Positions 7,684 through 16,153 are shown, counted from the first letter of the stretch. The stretch is 18,729 nucleotides of DNA from Planctomycetota bacterium (GCA_020851075.1 JADZDL010000266.1:1-18729); one strand, 5' to 3'. Numbers and translations: made by a program. Notes: generated by a model not told the origin, from the letters alone.

Positions 7684-8952
7684 ATGCAGGAAATGCATGC
7701 TTCCCCGATCACCAACAAGTCGACTTACCGCAATCGAGTCGTGCGCGCCTGCGTGCCCACGTTCGAATCGGACGTGCTCGCGGCTGTCCGCCGCATGGAC
7801 GAAGGGTACGACACCGAGATCGTCGAGGAGCTGCTCTACCAGATCTGCATCGACGTAAACCCGTCGCTCGAGATCCACCAGGTGAGCATCCCATCGCCGA
7901 ACGGCCAGAAGGCCCAGAGCGAATCGGAGGACATCTTCCTGCCGCGCCCAGGCAACGACAGCGCCCGCCAGAGCCTGTTCCGCCGGGTGACCAACCTCGA
8001 GCGCGGGCTGCGCCAGCAGATCATCGGCCAGGACGAGGGTATCACCTCCCTCGTGCGTGCCGTGAAGAAGGCCGCCGTCGGCCTGAAGCGCCCGACCCAC
8101 CCGGTCGGCACCTTCCTGCTCGTTGGCCGCACGGGCACGGGCAAGACCGAACTCGCCAAGGCCGTCGCGCGCAACCTGTTTGACGACCCGCAGGCCATGA
8201 TCCGCGTCGACTGCAGCGAGTATGCGCTGCCGCACGAGTACGCCAAGCTGATCGGCTCGCCGCCTGGCTACATCGGCCACAACGAAGGTGGTTTCCTCAC
8301 CGAGGCCATCAAGAAGAAGCCCAACAGCGTCGTGCTGTTCGACGAGGTCGAGAAGGCGCACTACAAGGTGCACAACCTGCTCCTGCAGCTGCTCGACGAA
8401 GGCATCATCACCGACAGCAAGGGCCAGACGGTCTCGTTCCACCAGGCGATGATCCTCATGACGAGCAACCTCGGCATCGAGAAGATCGACGCCGTGCGCA
8501 CCCGCATGGGCTTCTCCGCCGCGCATCGCCGCCAGAGCCTCCAGGACGTCGACCTGCGCAACGTCACGCTCGAAGCGCTGAAGGAGTTCTTCCGCCCCGA
8601 GTTCGTGAACCGCATCGACGAAGTCGTGATGTTCAACCCACTCGACGAGAAGGTCTGCCAGCGCATCGCCGGCAACATGCTGCGCGAGGTGTCGGACCTG
8701 CTGAAGCGTCGCAACATCACCGTGAACTTCTCGCCAGGCGTGCGGGTATTGCTCGCCAAGCAGGGTTTCTCCGAAGAATACGGCGCCCGCGAACTGCGCC
8801 GCCTCATCAAGCGCCGCATCGAGGATCCGCTCACCGAGATGATCCTCGACCACGACCTCGGCCAGGGTGCCGTGGTCACGGTGCGCGTGCGCAACGGCGA
8901 CTACAGCCTCGCCTGCGGCGGCCAGGTGCCGCGCGCCGTCCAGCCGGCCTGA
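7684..8952 (+). CDS. Stand-alone ClpA/ClpC D2-type AAA+ ATPase (AAA_2 + ClpB_D2-small) with novel ~110-aa N-terminal region
   Basis: The D2-like sensor/Walker region reads 'IIGQDEGI...', 'LLVGRTGTGKTELAKAVA', 'IRVDCSEYALPHEYAKLIGSPPGYIGHNEGGFLTEAIKKKPNSVVLFDEVEKAH', 'LLQLLDEGIITDSKGQTVSFHQAMILMTSNLG', and aligns almost position-by-position with ClpB/ClpC D2. The C-terminal 'FRPEFVNRIDEVVMFNPL' corresponds to the D2-small domain. The segment 'RTRMGFS' sits where ClpA/ClpC carry the IGL/VGF ClpP-docking loop. No Clp-N, D1 or M-domain is present. Start chosen at the ATG preceded by GGAGGA. The ATG at 7693 is an alternative. Confidence 0.8.
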   Translation: MQEMHASPITNKSTYRNRVVRACVPTFESDVLAAVRRMDEGYDTEIVEELLYQICIDVNPSLEIHQVSIPSPNGQKAQSESEDIFLPRPGNDSARQSLFRRVTNLERGLRQQIIGQDEGITSLVRAVKKAAVGLKRPTHPVGTFLLVGRTGTGKTELAKAVARNLFDDPQAMIRVDCSEYALPHEYAKLIGSPPGYIGHNEGGFLTEAIKKKPNSVVLFDEVEKAHYKVHNLLLQLLDEGIITDSKGQTVSFHQAMILMTSNLGIEKIDAVRTRMGFSAAHRRQSLQDVDLRNVTLEALKEFFRPEFVNRIDEVVMFNPLDEKVCQRIAGNMLREVSDLLKRRNITVNFSPGVRVLLAKQGFSEEYGARELRRLIKRRIEDPLTEMILDHDLGQGAVVTVRVRNGDYSLACGGQVPRAVQPA

Positions 8953-9053
8953 ACCGCGCCGGCCTGAACTGCGATCGGGCGCTGTTCCCGCGTGAATCGG
9001 GGGCGCCGTCCCCCTAACCTCATGGGGTAGCCCTCCGGGCCGCGTCCGACCCC

Positions 9054-10307
9054 ATGTTGCTGTTCGTTCTCGCTGTCGCGTTCTCGCTGGTATTCTCGTT
9101 CATCTGCTCGCTGGCGGAAGCGACCCTGCTCAGCGTCAGCAAGGCCCGCGTCGAACAACTCGCCCGCGCCGGCAGCCGCGCAGGCACCTTGCTGCGCCGC
9201 TTCAAGCAGGAACCCGACCGGCCGATCGCCGCGATCCTGGTGCTCAACACGATCGCCAACTCCGGCGGTGCGGCGTGGGCGACCGAGCAGTTCGGCGAAG
9301 CGTTCCCGGGCATCAGCCCGGCCTGGTTCGCGGCGATCTTCGTCGTGATGGTGCTGACCTTCACGGAGATCGTGCCAAAGACGATCGGTGTCGTACACGC
9401 CAACAGCCTCTGCGTGCCGATCACGCACATGGTGCACTGGATGATCCTGGTGCTCGCTCCCGCGCTGTACCTGACCCGCATCATGTCGCGCATGTTCTCG
9501 CGCAAGCCGGTCGTACACTCGACGTCGCTCGACGAGATTCGCGTGCTGACGACGGCGGGGCTGACCCAGGGTGCCTTCGGCGCCATCACCGCTGGCCTCA
9601 TCGAGAACGCCACCCGCCTGCGCGACACGAAAGCGCGCGACGTCATGGTGCCCCGCAACCGCGTTGCCTACCTGTCGGGCACCGACTCGACCGAAGCCAA
9701 CCTCGATCGCATCCACAAGAGTGGCCACAGCCGGTTCCCGTATTCCCCGACCGGCGAACTCGATGGTGTGACCGGCGTGATCCTGACCAAGGAGCTGCTG
9801 TTCTCCCTGCGCGAACACACCGAGCCCGAGTGGCAGGACCTGCTCGTGCCGATGCTCATCGTGCCCGAAACGGCGACGCTGAATCACGTGCTGCGGCACT
9901 TCCAGCGCGAGAAGCGGCATATGGCGATCGTCGTCGACGAGTATGGCTCGACGCTCGGGATCATCACGCTCGAAGACGTGCTCGAGGAGATCGTCGGCGA
10001 GATCGAGGACGAACTCGACACCGAAGAAACGCACATGCTCGAACGCCCGGACGGCTCGCTGCTGTGCCGCGGCTTCGCGGAAGCCCGCAAGGTGTTTGCG
10101 CGGCTCGGCCTCGAGGACGTCGAAACCTACAGCCAGACGCTGTCCGGGTTCCTGGCCGAGCAACTGGGCAACATGCCGTCCGCCGGCATGCACATCGACT
10201 TCCGCGGTTATCGCTTCACCGTGACCAAGGCAAACAACAAGCGGGCCGAGCGCGTGCGCATCACGCCCCTGCGCAACGTCGAGGCGGGCGAACCCGAGGG
10301 GACGTAA
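9054..10307 (+). CDS. CNNM/CorC/HlyC-family transporter (DUF21 TM domain + CBS pair + CorC_HlyC C-terminal domain); putative Mg2+/Co2+ efflux or 'hemolysin-family' protein
   Basis: The N-terminal 4-TM DUF21 region begins 'MLLFVLAVAFSLVFSFICSLAEATLLSVS' (the typical 'SA.E.A' opening). Tandem CBS motifs follow ('ARDVMVPRNRV...', 'HMAIVVDEYGSTLGIITLEDVLEEIVGEIEDE'), then a C-terminal transporter-associated domain ('GSLLCRG...FTVTKANNKRAERVRI'). Confidence 0.85.
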   Translation: MLLFVLAVAFSLVFSFICSLAEATLLSVSKARVEQLARAGSRAGTLLRRFKQEPDRPIAAILVLNTIANSGGAAWATEQFGEAFPGISPAWFAAIFVVMVLTFTEIVPKTIGVVHANSLCVPITHMVHWMILVLAPALYLTRIMSRMFSRKPVVHSTSLDEIRVLTTAGLTQGAFGAITAGLIENATRLRDTKARDVMVPRNRVAYLSGTDSTEANLDRIHKSGHSRFPYSPTGELDGVTGVILTKELLFSLREHTEPEWQDLLVPMLIVPETATLNHVLRHFQREKRHMAIVVDEYGSTLGIITLEDVLEEIVGEIEDELDTEETHMLERPDGSLLCRGFAEARKVFARLGLEDVETYSQTLSGFLAEQLGNMPSAGMHIDFRGYRFTVTKANNKRAERVRITPLRNVEAGEPEGT

Positions 10308-10502
10308 ACGGCGGGAACCGGCGGCTTCTCGACAGATTTCCGGGTATTTCGTCCACATCTTCGATACATCCGCAGGCGATGCCCTCGCCCTGCGGCAGCC
10401 AGCCGAGCGCACGGTGCGCAAGGCCGGCTTTCCGAGTCGCTGCAACCTGAGTCGCTGGCAGGTGGGTTACCCACCCGCAGCCCCAATGGAGAACAGGATC
10501 CC

Positions 10503-11069
10503 ATGAGCACGGTCTTCCTTTATTGCGCCGCAATCGGTGGAACGATCCTGGTCCTGCAGTTCCTCATGCTGCTGCTCGGCGCTGGTGGGGACGGGGATGG
10601 TGGCCACACCCACGCCGGCGGCGACCTCGGCGATGGCCACGTCGACATCGGCCACGACCAGGCGTCGTTCCTGAAGCTGCTCTCGCTGCAGACCGTGTCG
10701 ACGTTTGCGACGTTCTTTGGCCTCATCGGCCTCGCCACCGAAGGGCTCGCCTGGTCTCCGATCGCAGTGGTCGGGGCGGCGACCATGGCCGGAGCCGCTG
10801 CGCTCTGGTTTGTCACCCGGCTCATGCACGGCCTTGCCCGCCTGCAATCGAGCGGCACCGTGAACCTCAAGAACGCGATCGGCCACACCGCCAACGTCTA
10901 CCTGCGCATTCCGCCGCACGGCCAAGGCCACGGCCGGGTGATGCTGCAGGTGCAGGGCCGCACCGTCGAATGCACCGCGGTGAGCCGCGGCGACGAGATC
11001 CCGACCGGCGCCGAAGTGCGCGTCATCGAACACAAGGACGACGACATGCTCGTCGTCGAGCCCGCCTGA
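10503..11069 (+). CDS. NfeD-family membrane protein (short form, YqiJ/YuaF-like; TM segments + C-terminal OB-fold)
   Basis: Two hydrophobic segments are followed by the C-terminal β-rich 'GHTANVYLRIPPHGQGHGRVMLQVQGRTVECTAVSRGDEIPTGAEVRVIEH', the NfeD OB-fold. The gene sits immediately upstream of a flotillin gene, the classic nfeD-flotillin pair. A 'GGAGA' SD lies ~10 nt before the ATG. Confidence 0.75.
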   Translation: MSTVFLYCAAIGGTILVLQFLMLLLGAGGDGDGGHTHAGGDLGDGHVDIGHDQASFLKLLSLQTVSTFATFFGLIGLATEGLAWSPIAVVGAATMAGAAALWFVTRLMHGLARLQSSGTVNLKNAIGHTANVYLRIPPHGQGHGRVMLQVQGRTVECTAVSRGDEIPTGAEVRVIEHKDDDMLVVEPA

Positions 11070-11148
11070 CCAGCCCATAGCCGGGCGCACCTTTCCCCAC
11101 CTCTTCCCCCACGTCGCTGGAGCCAAGGTTCCGGCAGGAGACCCCTCG

Positions 11149-12789
11149 ATGTTTGCGCTGATCGACGAAGACCCCAACCTCTTCCTCTTGCTCACGGTCG
11201 CGGCCACCGCCCTCATCCTGCTCGGCTTCGTGATCCTCGTCGTGAAGCGCTACAAGCGCTGCCCGAGCAACAAGGTGCTCGTGATCTTCGGCAAGGTTGC
11301 ATCGGGCCAGTCCGCACGCTGCCTGCACGGCGGTGGCGCGTTCGTGTGGCCACTGATCCAGGACTACGCGTTCCTGTCGCTCGATCCGATGCAGATCGAG
11401 ATCCCGCTGCGCGGTGCGCTGTCGGCCGAGAACATCCGCGTCAACGTGCCGAGCGTGTTCACCGTCGCCGTCGGCACCGGGGCGGCCGTGATGCAGACCG
11501 CGGCCATCCGCCTGCTCGGCCTCGACCCGCGCCAGGTCATGAAGCAGGCCGAGGACATCATCCTGGGCCAGCTGCGCCAGGTGATCGCGTCGATGACGAT
11601 CGAGGACATCAACCGCAACCGCGACAAGTTCCTCGACAGCGTGCAGAACTCGCTGACACCCGAGCTCGAGAAGATCGGCCTCGTGCTCATCAACGTCAAT
11701 ATCACCGACATCACCGATGAGTCGGGCTACATCGAGGCGATGGGCCGCAAGGCCGCGTCCGAGGCGATCCAGTCGGCCGAGATCGACGTCGCGCAACAGC
11801 AGAAGCGCGGTTCGATCGGCGTCGCCGAAGCCAAGCGCGAGCAGGACGTGCTCGTCAGCAACGCCGAAAAAGTGCGCGAGATCGGCACCAAGGAAGCCGA
11901 GCGTGAGAAGCTCGTGCGCCTCGCGGAGCTCGACAAGGAGACCGGCATCGGCAAGAGCCTGGCCAACCTCGAACAGCAGACCGCGATCAAGGACCAGGAA
12001 CGGCGCATGCGCGTGCAGGTCGCCGAGGCCGAAGCCGAAGCGGTGACCGGTGAGAACCTCGCCCGCGCGAAGAGCGTCGACGCCGAAGCGAACCTCAAGG
12101 TCCGTCAGGCCGAAGCCTACCAGCTGACCGAGACGCGCCGTCGCGAAGCCGAAGCCAAGGTGCGCGAAGCGCAGTATCTGGCCGAAGCACGCGCCGCCGA
12201 CGCGATGGCGACCAAGATCGAAAGCGAACAGCGCGCCGAGTTCGAAGCTTCGGCGAAGGCACAGAAGGCCAAGCTCATCGTCGATGCCGAAGCGCAGGCC
12301 GAACAGATCCGGCTGCGGGCGCAGGCCGAAGCCACCGCGACGTTCGCGCGGCTCGAAGCGCAGGCGCGCGGTGAATACGAGATCCTCGCCAAGAAGGCCG
12401 AAGGTCTGCAGCGCATCGTCGAAGGTTGTGGCGGCGCACAACAGGCGTTCCAGTTGCTCATGCTCGAGCACCTGCCGCAGATGGCGGAAACGGCGGCCAA
12501 GGCGATCGCGAACGTCAAGTTCGACAAGGTCGTGGTCTGGGACGGCGGCCCCGGCAAGGACGGCAAGAGTGCCACCGCGGGGTTCCTGCAGGGCCTCGCT
12601 GGCAGCTTGCCGCCGATGCTGCAGATGATGCGCGATATCGGTGGTGTGGAGATGCCGGCCTACTTCGGCAAGCTCGCCGAGGCTCCGGGCGCGATGGCGG
12701 CGCCGGCCGCGGCCTCACCCACAGCACCGGCGGTGCCTTCCCCCGTGGCGGCGTCGAGCAAGCCGAACGCAGGCCCGCAGAAGGGCTGA
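11149..12789 (+). CDS. Flotillin-family SPFH/band-7 protein (FloT/YqiK-like)
   Basis: An N-terminal TM segment is followed by an SPFH domain, then a long Ala/Glu-rich coiled-coil ('AEAEAEAVTGENLARAKSVDAEANLKVRQAEA...') and the flotillin C-terminal region. The tail is Ala/Pro-rich. An SD 'aggag' lies 8 nt upstream of the ATG. It is paired with NfeD upstream. Confidence 0.85.
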   Translation: MFALIDEDPNLFLLLTVAATALILLGFVILVVKRYKRCPSNKVLVIFGKVASGQSARCLHGGGAFVWPLIQDYAFLSLDPMQIEIPLRGALSAENIRVNVPSVFTVAVGTGAAVMQTAAIRLLGLDPRQVMKQAEDIILGQLRQVIASMTIEDINRNRDKFLDSVQNSLTPELEKIGLVLINVNITDITDESGYIEAMGRKAASEAIQSAEIDVAQQQKRGSIGVAEAKREQDVLVSNAEKVREIGTKEAEREKLVRLAELDKETGIGKSLANLEQQTAIKDQERRMRVQVAEAEAEAVTGENLARAKSVDAEANLKVRQAEAYQLTETRRREAEAKVREAQYLAEARAADAMATKIESEQRAEFEASAKAQKAKLIVDAEAQAEQIRLRAQAEATATFARLEAQARGEYEILAKKAEGLQRIVEGCGGAQQAFQLLMLEHLPQMAETAAKAIANVKFDKVVVWDGGPGKDGKSATAGFLQGLAGSLPPMLQMMRDIGGVEMPAYFGKLAEAPGAMAAPAAASPTAPAVPSPVAASSKPNAGPQKG

Positions 12790-12790
12790 G

Positions 12791-12820
12791 GCACCGCGCG
12801 GTGCTGCCGATGGCATCGGC
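12791..12820. terminator. Two adjacent GC-rich palindromes immediately 3' of the flotillin stop (possible intrinsic terminator/attenuator or protein-binding site)
   Basis: 'gcaccgcgcggtgc' (12791-12804) is a perfect 14-bp palindrome. 'gccgatggcatcggc' (12806-12820) is a near-perfect one. No U-tract follows, so a classical rho-independent terminator is doubtful. Confidence 0.25.
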
Positions 12821-12881
12821 GGCACCGCCGGCCCGCCGCAAGGTGCGCGATCCGGACCGCGCCAGGTGCCGATGCAATGGC

Positions 12882-13562
12882 ATGGACACCAGCCTGTGGA
12901 TGGCGCGCGACCTGCTCACGGTCACGCCTGACACCCCGGTCACGCTCGCGACCAAGCGCATGGCCGAGCGCCGCGTCCGCCACTTGCTGGTGGTCTCTCC
13001 CGACGATGCGACCAAGCTCCTCGGCCTCGTTTCGAGCCACGACCTCTACCTCGCGGCTGACCCAGGCATCCACCCACTGTCGCCGCGCGCACTCGATCGC
13101 GAGCAGCACACCATCGGCGAGGTGATGACGCCGCGGCCGTTCTCGATTCCATCGAACACCTCGATCGCGGCCGCCGCGCGCATCCTGCGCGACAAGAAGT
13201 TCGGCTGCCTGCCGGTGGTCGACCGCGGCGTGCTGGTCGGGGTACTCACCGAACACGACATCCTGCGCGCGTTCCTCAGCATGTCGGGCGCCGACCAACC
13301 GGGCTACGAAGTCACCTGCGTCGTGAACGAAGACGACAACGTGCTCGATTCGATGAACGTGCTCGCGACCCAGCGCGGCCTGCGGCTCACGAGCGCCGCG
13401 GTCTTCGATCACGACGGCAAGCGCTACGGCGTCGTGCACTTCGTCGGCAAGCAGAGTGATGCGTTCGTCGAGTCGCTGTGGCGCTCGGGGCACAAGATCC
13501 TGCGCGTGCAGGCCAGTGAGGCGGCAGGCCTGCCTCGGCCGGTCCCAGCACCGACCCGGTAG
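12882..13562 (+). CDS. CBS-pair domain protein with C-terminal ACT-like region
   Basis: Two CBS motifs are present ('ARDLLTVTPDTPVTLATKRMAERRVRHLLVV' and 'IGEVMTPRPFSIPSNTSIAAAARILRDKKFGCLPVVDRGVLVGVLTEHDILRAF'), plus a ~80-aa C-terminal βαβ-like region. Start assigned to the first ATG after the flotillin stop ('MDTSLWMARD'). The ATG at 12900 is an alternative. The ORF is open further upstream only because of the high GC. Confidence 0.7.
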   Translation: MDTSLWMARDLLTVTPDTPVTLATKRMAERRVRHLLVVSPDDATKLLGLVSSHDLYLAADPGIHPLSPRALDREQHTIGEVMTPRPFSIPSNTSIAAAARILRDKKFGCLPVVDRGVLVGVLTEHDILRAFLSMSGADQPGYEVTCVVNEDDNVLDSMNVLATQRGLRLTSAAVFDHDGKRYGVVHFVGKQSDAFVESLWRSGHKILRVQASEAAGLPRPVPAPTR

Positions 13563-13633
13563 ACGCAACGCAATCACGCGCCGAGGGTGCGCAAACGGTC
13601 ATTTCGGCCTACGATGGGACCAGGAAGTCCCCT

Positions 13634-15703
13634 ATGTCGAAACGCTGCCTCGCGCTCCACATCTCACTCGTCCTCGCCGGCCAGGTCTGCGCCCAAGGCC
13701 GCACGTTCGTTCCGAAACAGCCGCTCATGGCCGAGTTTCGCGTCGAAGACGTACCAGGCCTGTTGTCAGGCGCCCAGCAGACCACGCTAGGGCGACTGGC
13801 GGCCCTGCCCGAAGCACGAAGCGCCTACGACCTCGCAGTGCAACGGCTCGAGGCCAAACAACAGCGTGATCGCCTGGTCCGCGAGGCGGCGGCTGCCCTC
13901 GGTATCCATGCGCGCGTCGACGTACCAACGCCCGCGGACTTCGGCCTGCTCGGGGTGCAGAGTTTTCGCCTGTCGGCAATCGCGCCCGAGGGCCCAGCCA
14001 GGGTCCCCATGCGCGTATTCGCCATCGCGCCCACACAGCGCGCGGAAGGCCGGCTCGCCTTGGTCTACGAGCGCCTGCTTGCACGCCTTGAAGGCAACCC
14101 ACGTTGGCAACCCGCGGACTCCGTTCGCCTCGATGGCGGCCCGATCAACGCCTACCGCGCCGTTCCGACCGGCGAGAACCAGCAGGTCTCCCCCTTCGAA
14201 TACCAAGGCGCCTGGCAAGCGCGCCTGCCAGGTTTGTTCTTGTTTGGCGACGAGACGCCCGACCAGTGCGGCGCGCTGCAGGCCGCCGGCACCCCGCGCC
14301 GCGATGTCGCCCTCACGATGCACATGGCGGGCTACCTGAAGATGTTCCAAGGCCAGGGTGGCAGCTTGCCGCCGGAGTTCACGGCCCTCGGCTTTGATGC
14401 GCTGAAGACCTTCGAATGGCGCGTCTCCCTGCAGGGCGAAGACGTGCTCGACGAACATTCGATCGAACTCGACGGCGACCCGCGAGCCCTCATGGCGACG
14501 CTGCTGCAAGGCACCGCGAAGCTGCCGCCCCAGGCGTTGCCAGGCGACGCGCTGTTCCAACTGCGTTGCGCGCTCGACCTGCGCGCCCTGTGGGGTACCT
14601 TGCCAGGCCTGATGGGTCAGAAGGAGCAGATTCCCGCCGAGCTCCAGCGTGGCCTCGAATCCGCACTCACGGGTGGCATTGCAATCGGCGTCACCGCGCC
14701 CGCCAAAGGTGGCGTGATCCCGCGGCTGTTCGTGACCGCGGAGATCGCGGATCCTGCCGCAGTCGCGCAATTGCTGGCGCAGGTGCCCGCGGAACAGAAG
14801 AAGCAGGTCACCTACGAGGGAGTCGAGTGCACGGTGATGACGATCGGCAACCTGCCACCGGCCCTGCAGCCCACGTTCTGCGTGCACGAGGGCCTGCTGC
14901 ACCTCACCGAGTCGCCGCGCAGCATGCGGACGTTCCTGCAGACCAGGAAAACCGGCGGCGAAGCGATGGACATCGGCGCTGCCCCGTTGCCGGAAGGCCC
15001 CGGCGAAGTGCTGCCCTCGTTCGACCTGCGCTTTGATTGCGCCGCGATGTACCGCGCGTTCTACGAGCTGTGGCTGCCGCTGTACGAACTCCAGGTAGCG
15101 GTGACCAACCCCACGGCCGTGCGCATCACGCGCGACGAGATGCCAGAACCAGCGGCCCTCGAGCCCCTGCTCGGCAAGGGCCGCGGCATCCTGCGCCGCG
15201 AAGGCAAACGCTACCTGCTGCAGCAGCGCAGCGCCCTCGGCGGCGTAGAACTGGCCGCACTCGCGATGACCGCTGGCCCGATCGTCATGGCGGAAGCAGC
15301 ATCCCCAAACGAGCGGCAGAACCTGCTGAGCCAGATCGGCGAGAAGAAACTCGCAGAAGCGTGGCCCATTCTGTCGAGCTACCACACCAAGAACGGCCAC
15401 TGGCCAGCCACCCTCGGCGAACTGTTCCAGGATCGCCGACTGGCCGACGACGCGCTCCTGCTCCCCGGCGATGAACTCGCCGAACCCGTGGTACTGCCCG
15501 CCGGCGACACGCGCACGATCCGTTCGTCGTTCCGCTACTTCCCCGAGACCGTCGTGGTGAACCGCGGCGGACAGCAATCCGCCTTGTTGCTGGTTTCGAT
15601 CCAGCCGGCGCCCTACCGGCGCGCGGCGCTAGCGGACAGCGGCGAGCAGCCAATGCTCTGGGGAACGGTGAGCAGCCAGCCGATTGACGCATTTGGCAAG
15701 TAG
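13634..15703 (+). CDS. Large secreted protein of unknown function (689 aa, Sec signal peptide)
   Basis: The N-terminus 'MSKRCLALHISLVLAGQVCAQG' is a signal peptide with an AQG cleavage-like site. An SD 'aggaag' lies 6 nt upstream. The coding potential is long and uninterrupted with genome-typical codon bias. I recognise no catalytic motifs. Confidence 0.65.
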   Translation: MSKRCLALHISLVLAGQVCAQGRTFVPKQPLMAEFRVEDVPGLLSGAQQTTLGRLAALPEARSAYDLAVQRLEAKQQRDRLVREAAAALGIHARVDVPTPADFGLLGVQSFRLSAIAPEGPARVPMRVFAIAPTQRAEGRLALVYERLLARLEGNPRWQPADSVRLDGGPINAYRAVPTGENQQVSPFEYQGAWQARLPGLFLFGDETPDQCGALQAAGTPRRDVALTMHMAGYLKMFQGQGGSLPPEFTALGFDALKTFEWRVSLQGEDVLDEHSIELDGDPRALMATLLQGTAKLPPQALPGDALFQLRCALDLRALWGTLPGLMGQKEQIPAELQRGLESALTGGIAIGVTAPAKGGVIPRLFVTAEIADPAAVAQLLAQVPAEQKKQVTYEGVECTVMTIGNLPPALQPTFCVHEGLLHLTESPRSMRTFLQTRKTGGEAMDIGAAPLPEGPGEVLPSFDLRFDCAAMYRAFYELWLPLYELQVAVTNPTAVRITRDEMPEPAALEPLLGKGRGILRREGKRYLLQQRSALGGVELAALAMTAGPIVMAEAASPNERQNLLSQIGEKKLAEAWPILSSYHTKNGHWPATLGELFQDRRLADDALLLPGDELAEPVVLPAGDTRTIRSSFRYFPETVVVNRGGQQSALLLVSIQPAPYRRAALADSGEQPMLWGTVSSQPIDAFGK

Positions 15704-15725
15704 CGACTTCTTGCCCGTGACGACC

Positions 15726-15746
15726 GGCGGCCTCACCGCGGCCGCC
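15726..15746. terminator. GC-rich hairpin between convergent genes (secreted protein + / lipoprotein -)
   Basis: 'ggcggcc-tcaccgc-ggccgcc' forms a 7-bp stem with a 7-nt loop in the 42-bp convergent gap. There is no T-tract. Confidence 0.2.
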
Positions 15747-16153
15747 TACTTCGCGCTGCCGCGAATCGGCATTTGGTTGGTCACTTCCTCGAGGATTAAC
15801 TTCGCGCGGCGTTCGTTGTCCTTGGTATCAAACGTGCCCACCCGCGCCGTGACGCGCACGTAACCGCCCGGATGCTGCTCGACGCGGACCTTGGTCTTCT
15901 CGACCTCGATCGTGCCCTCGGTCGCGCCCACCTGGGGCTCGCCAGCAATCGGATATCCAAGTTTGCGCATCGCCCGCAGCGTCGCGGCCCACGACTCGGG
16001 CAGGGTCTCCTTGAAGTCCATCCACGCTTCGTTGTGCTCGTAGCTCACAGCACCAGCGGCCGCCGCGCCGACCGCGGCAGCGGCGGCGAGAAAACACCCG
16101 GACAACGGCAGCGCACAAACGAGACCCAACGCAAGGAGTGGTGAGCGGTGCAT
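15746..16153 (-). CDS. Small lipoprotein of unknown function (135 aa)
   Basis: The ATG at 16151-16153 gives 'MHRSPLLALGLVCALPLSGCF', a lipoprotein signal peptide with lipobox 'LSGC'. The remainder is a soluble ~110-aa domain. The ORF track's longer version (to 16216) adds an unlikely Arg-rich leader. Confidence 0.6.
   Translation of the reverse strand: MHRSPLLALGLVCALPLSGCFLAAAAAVGAAAAGAVSYEHNEAWMDFKETLPESWAATLRAMRKLGYPIAGEPQVGATEGTIEVEKTKVRVEQHPGGYVRVTARVGTFDTKDNERRAKLILEEVTNQMPIRGSAK

Noticed and set aside
8943-8969. 12-bp direct repeat 'gccggcctgaac' x2 around the Clp-like stop codon, and a 5-bp GC hairpin at 8999-9014
   Set aside because: They are short, GC-rich and likely chance in this composition. 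The hairpin has no U-tract and only a 5-bp stem, so it is not called as a terminator.
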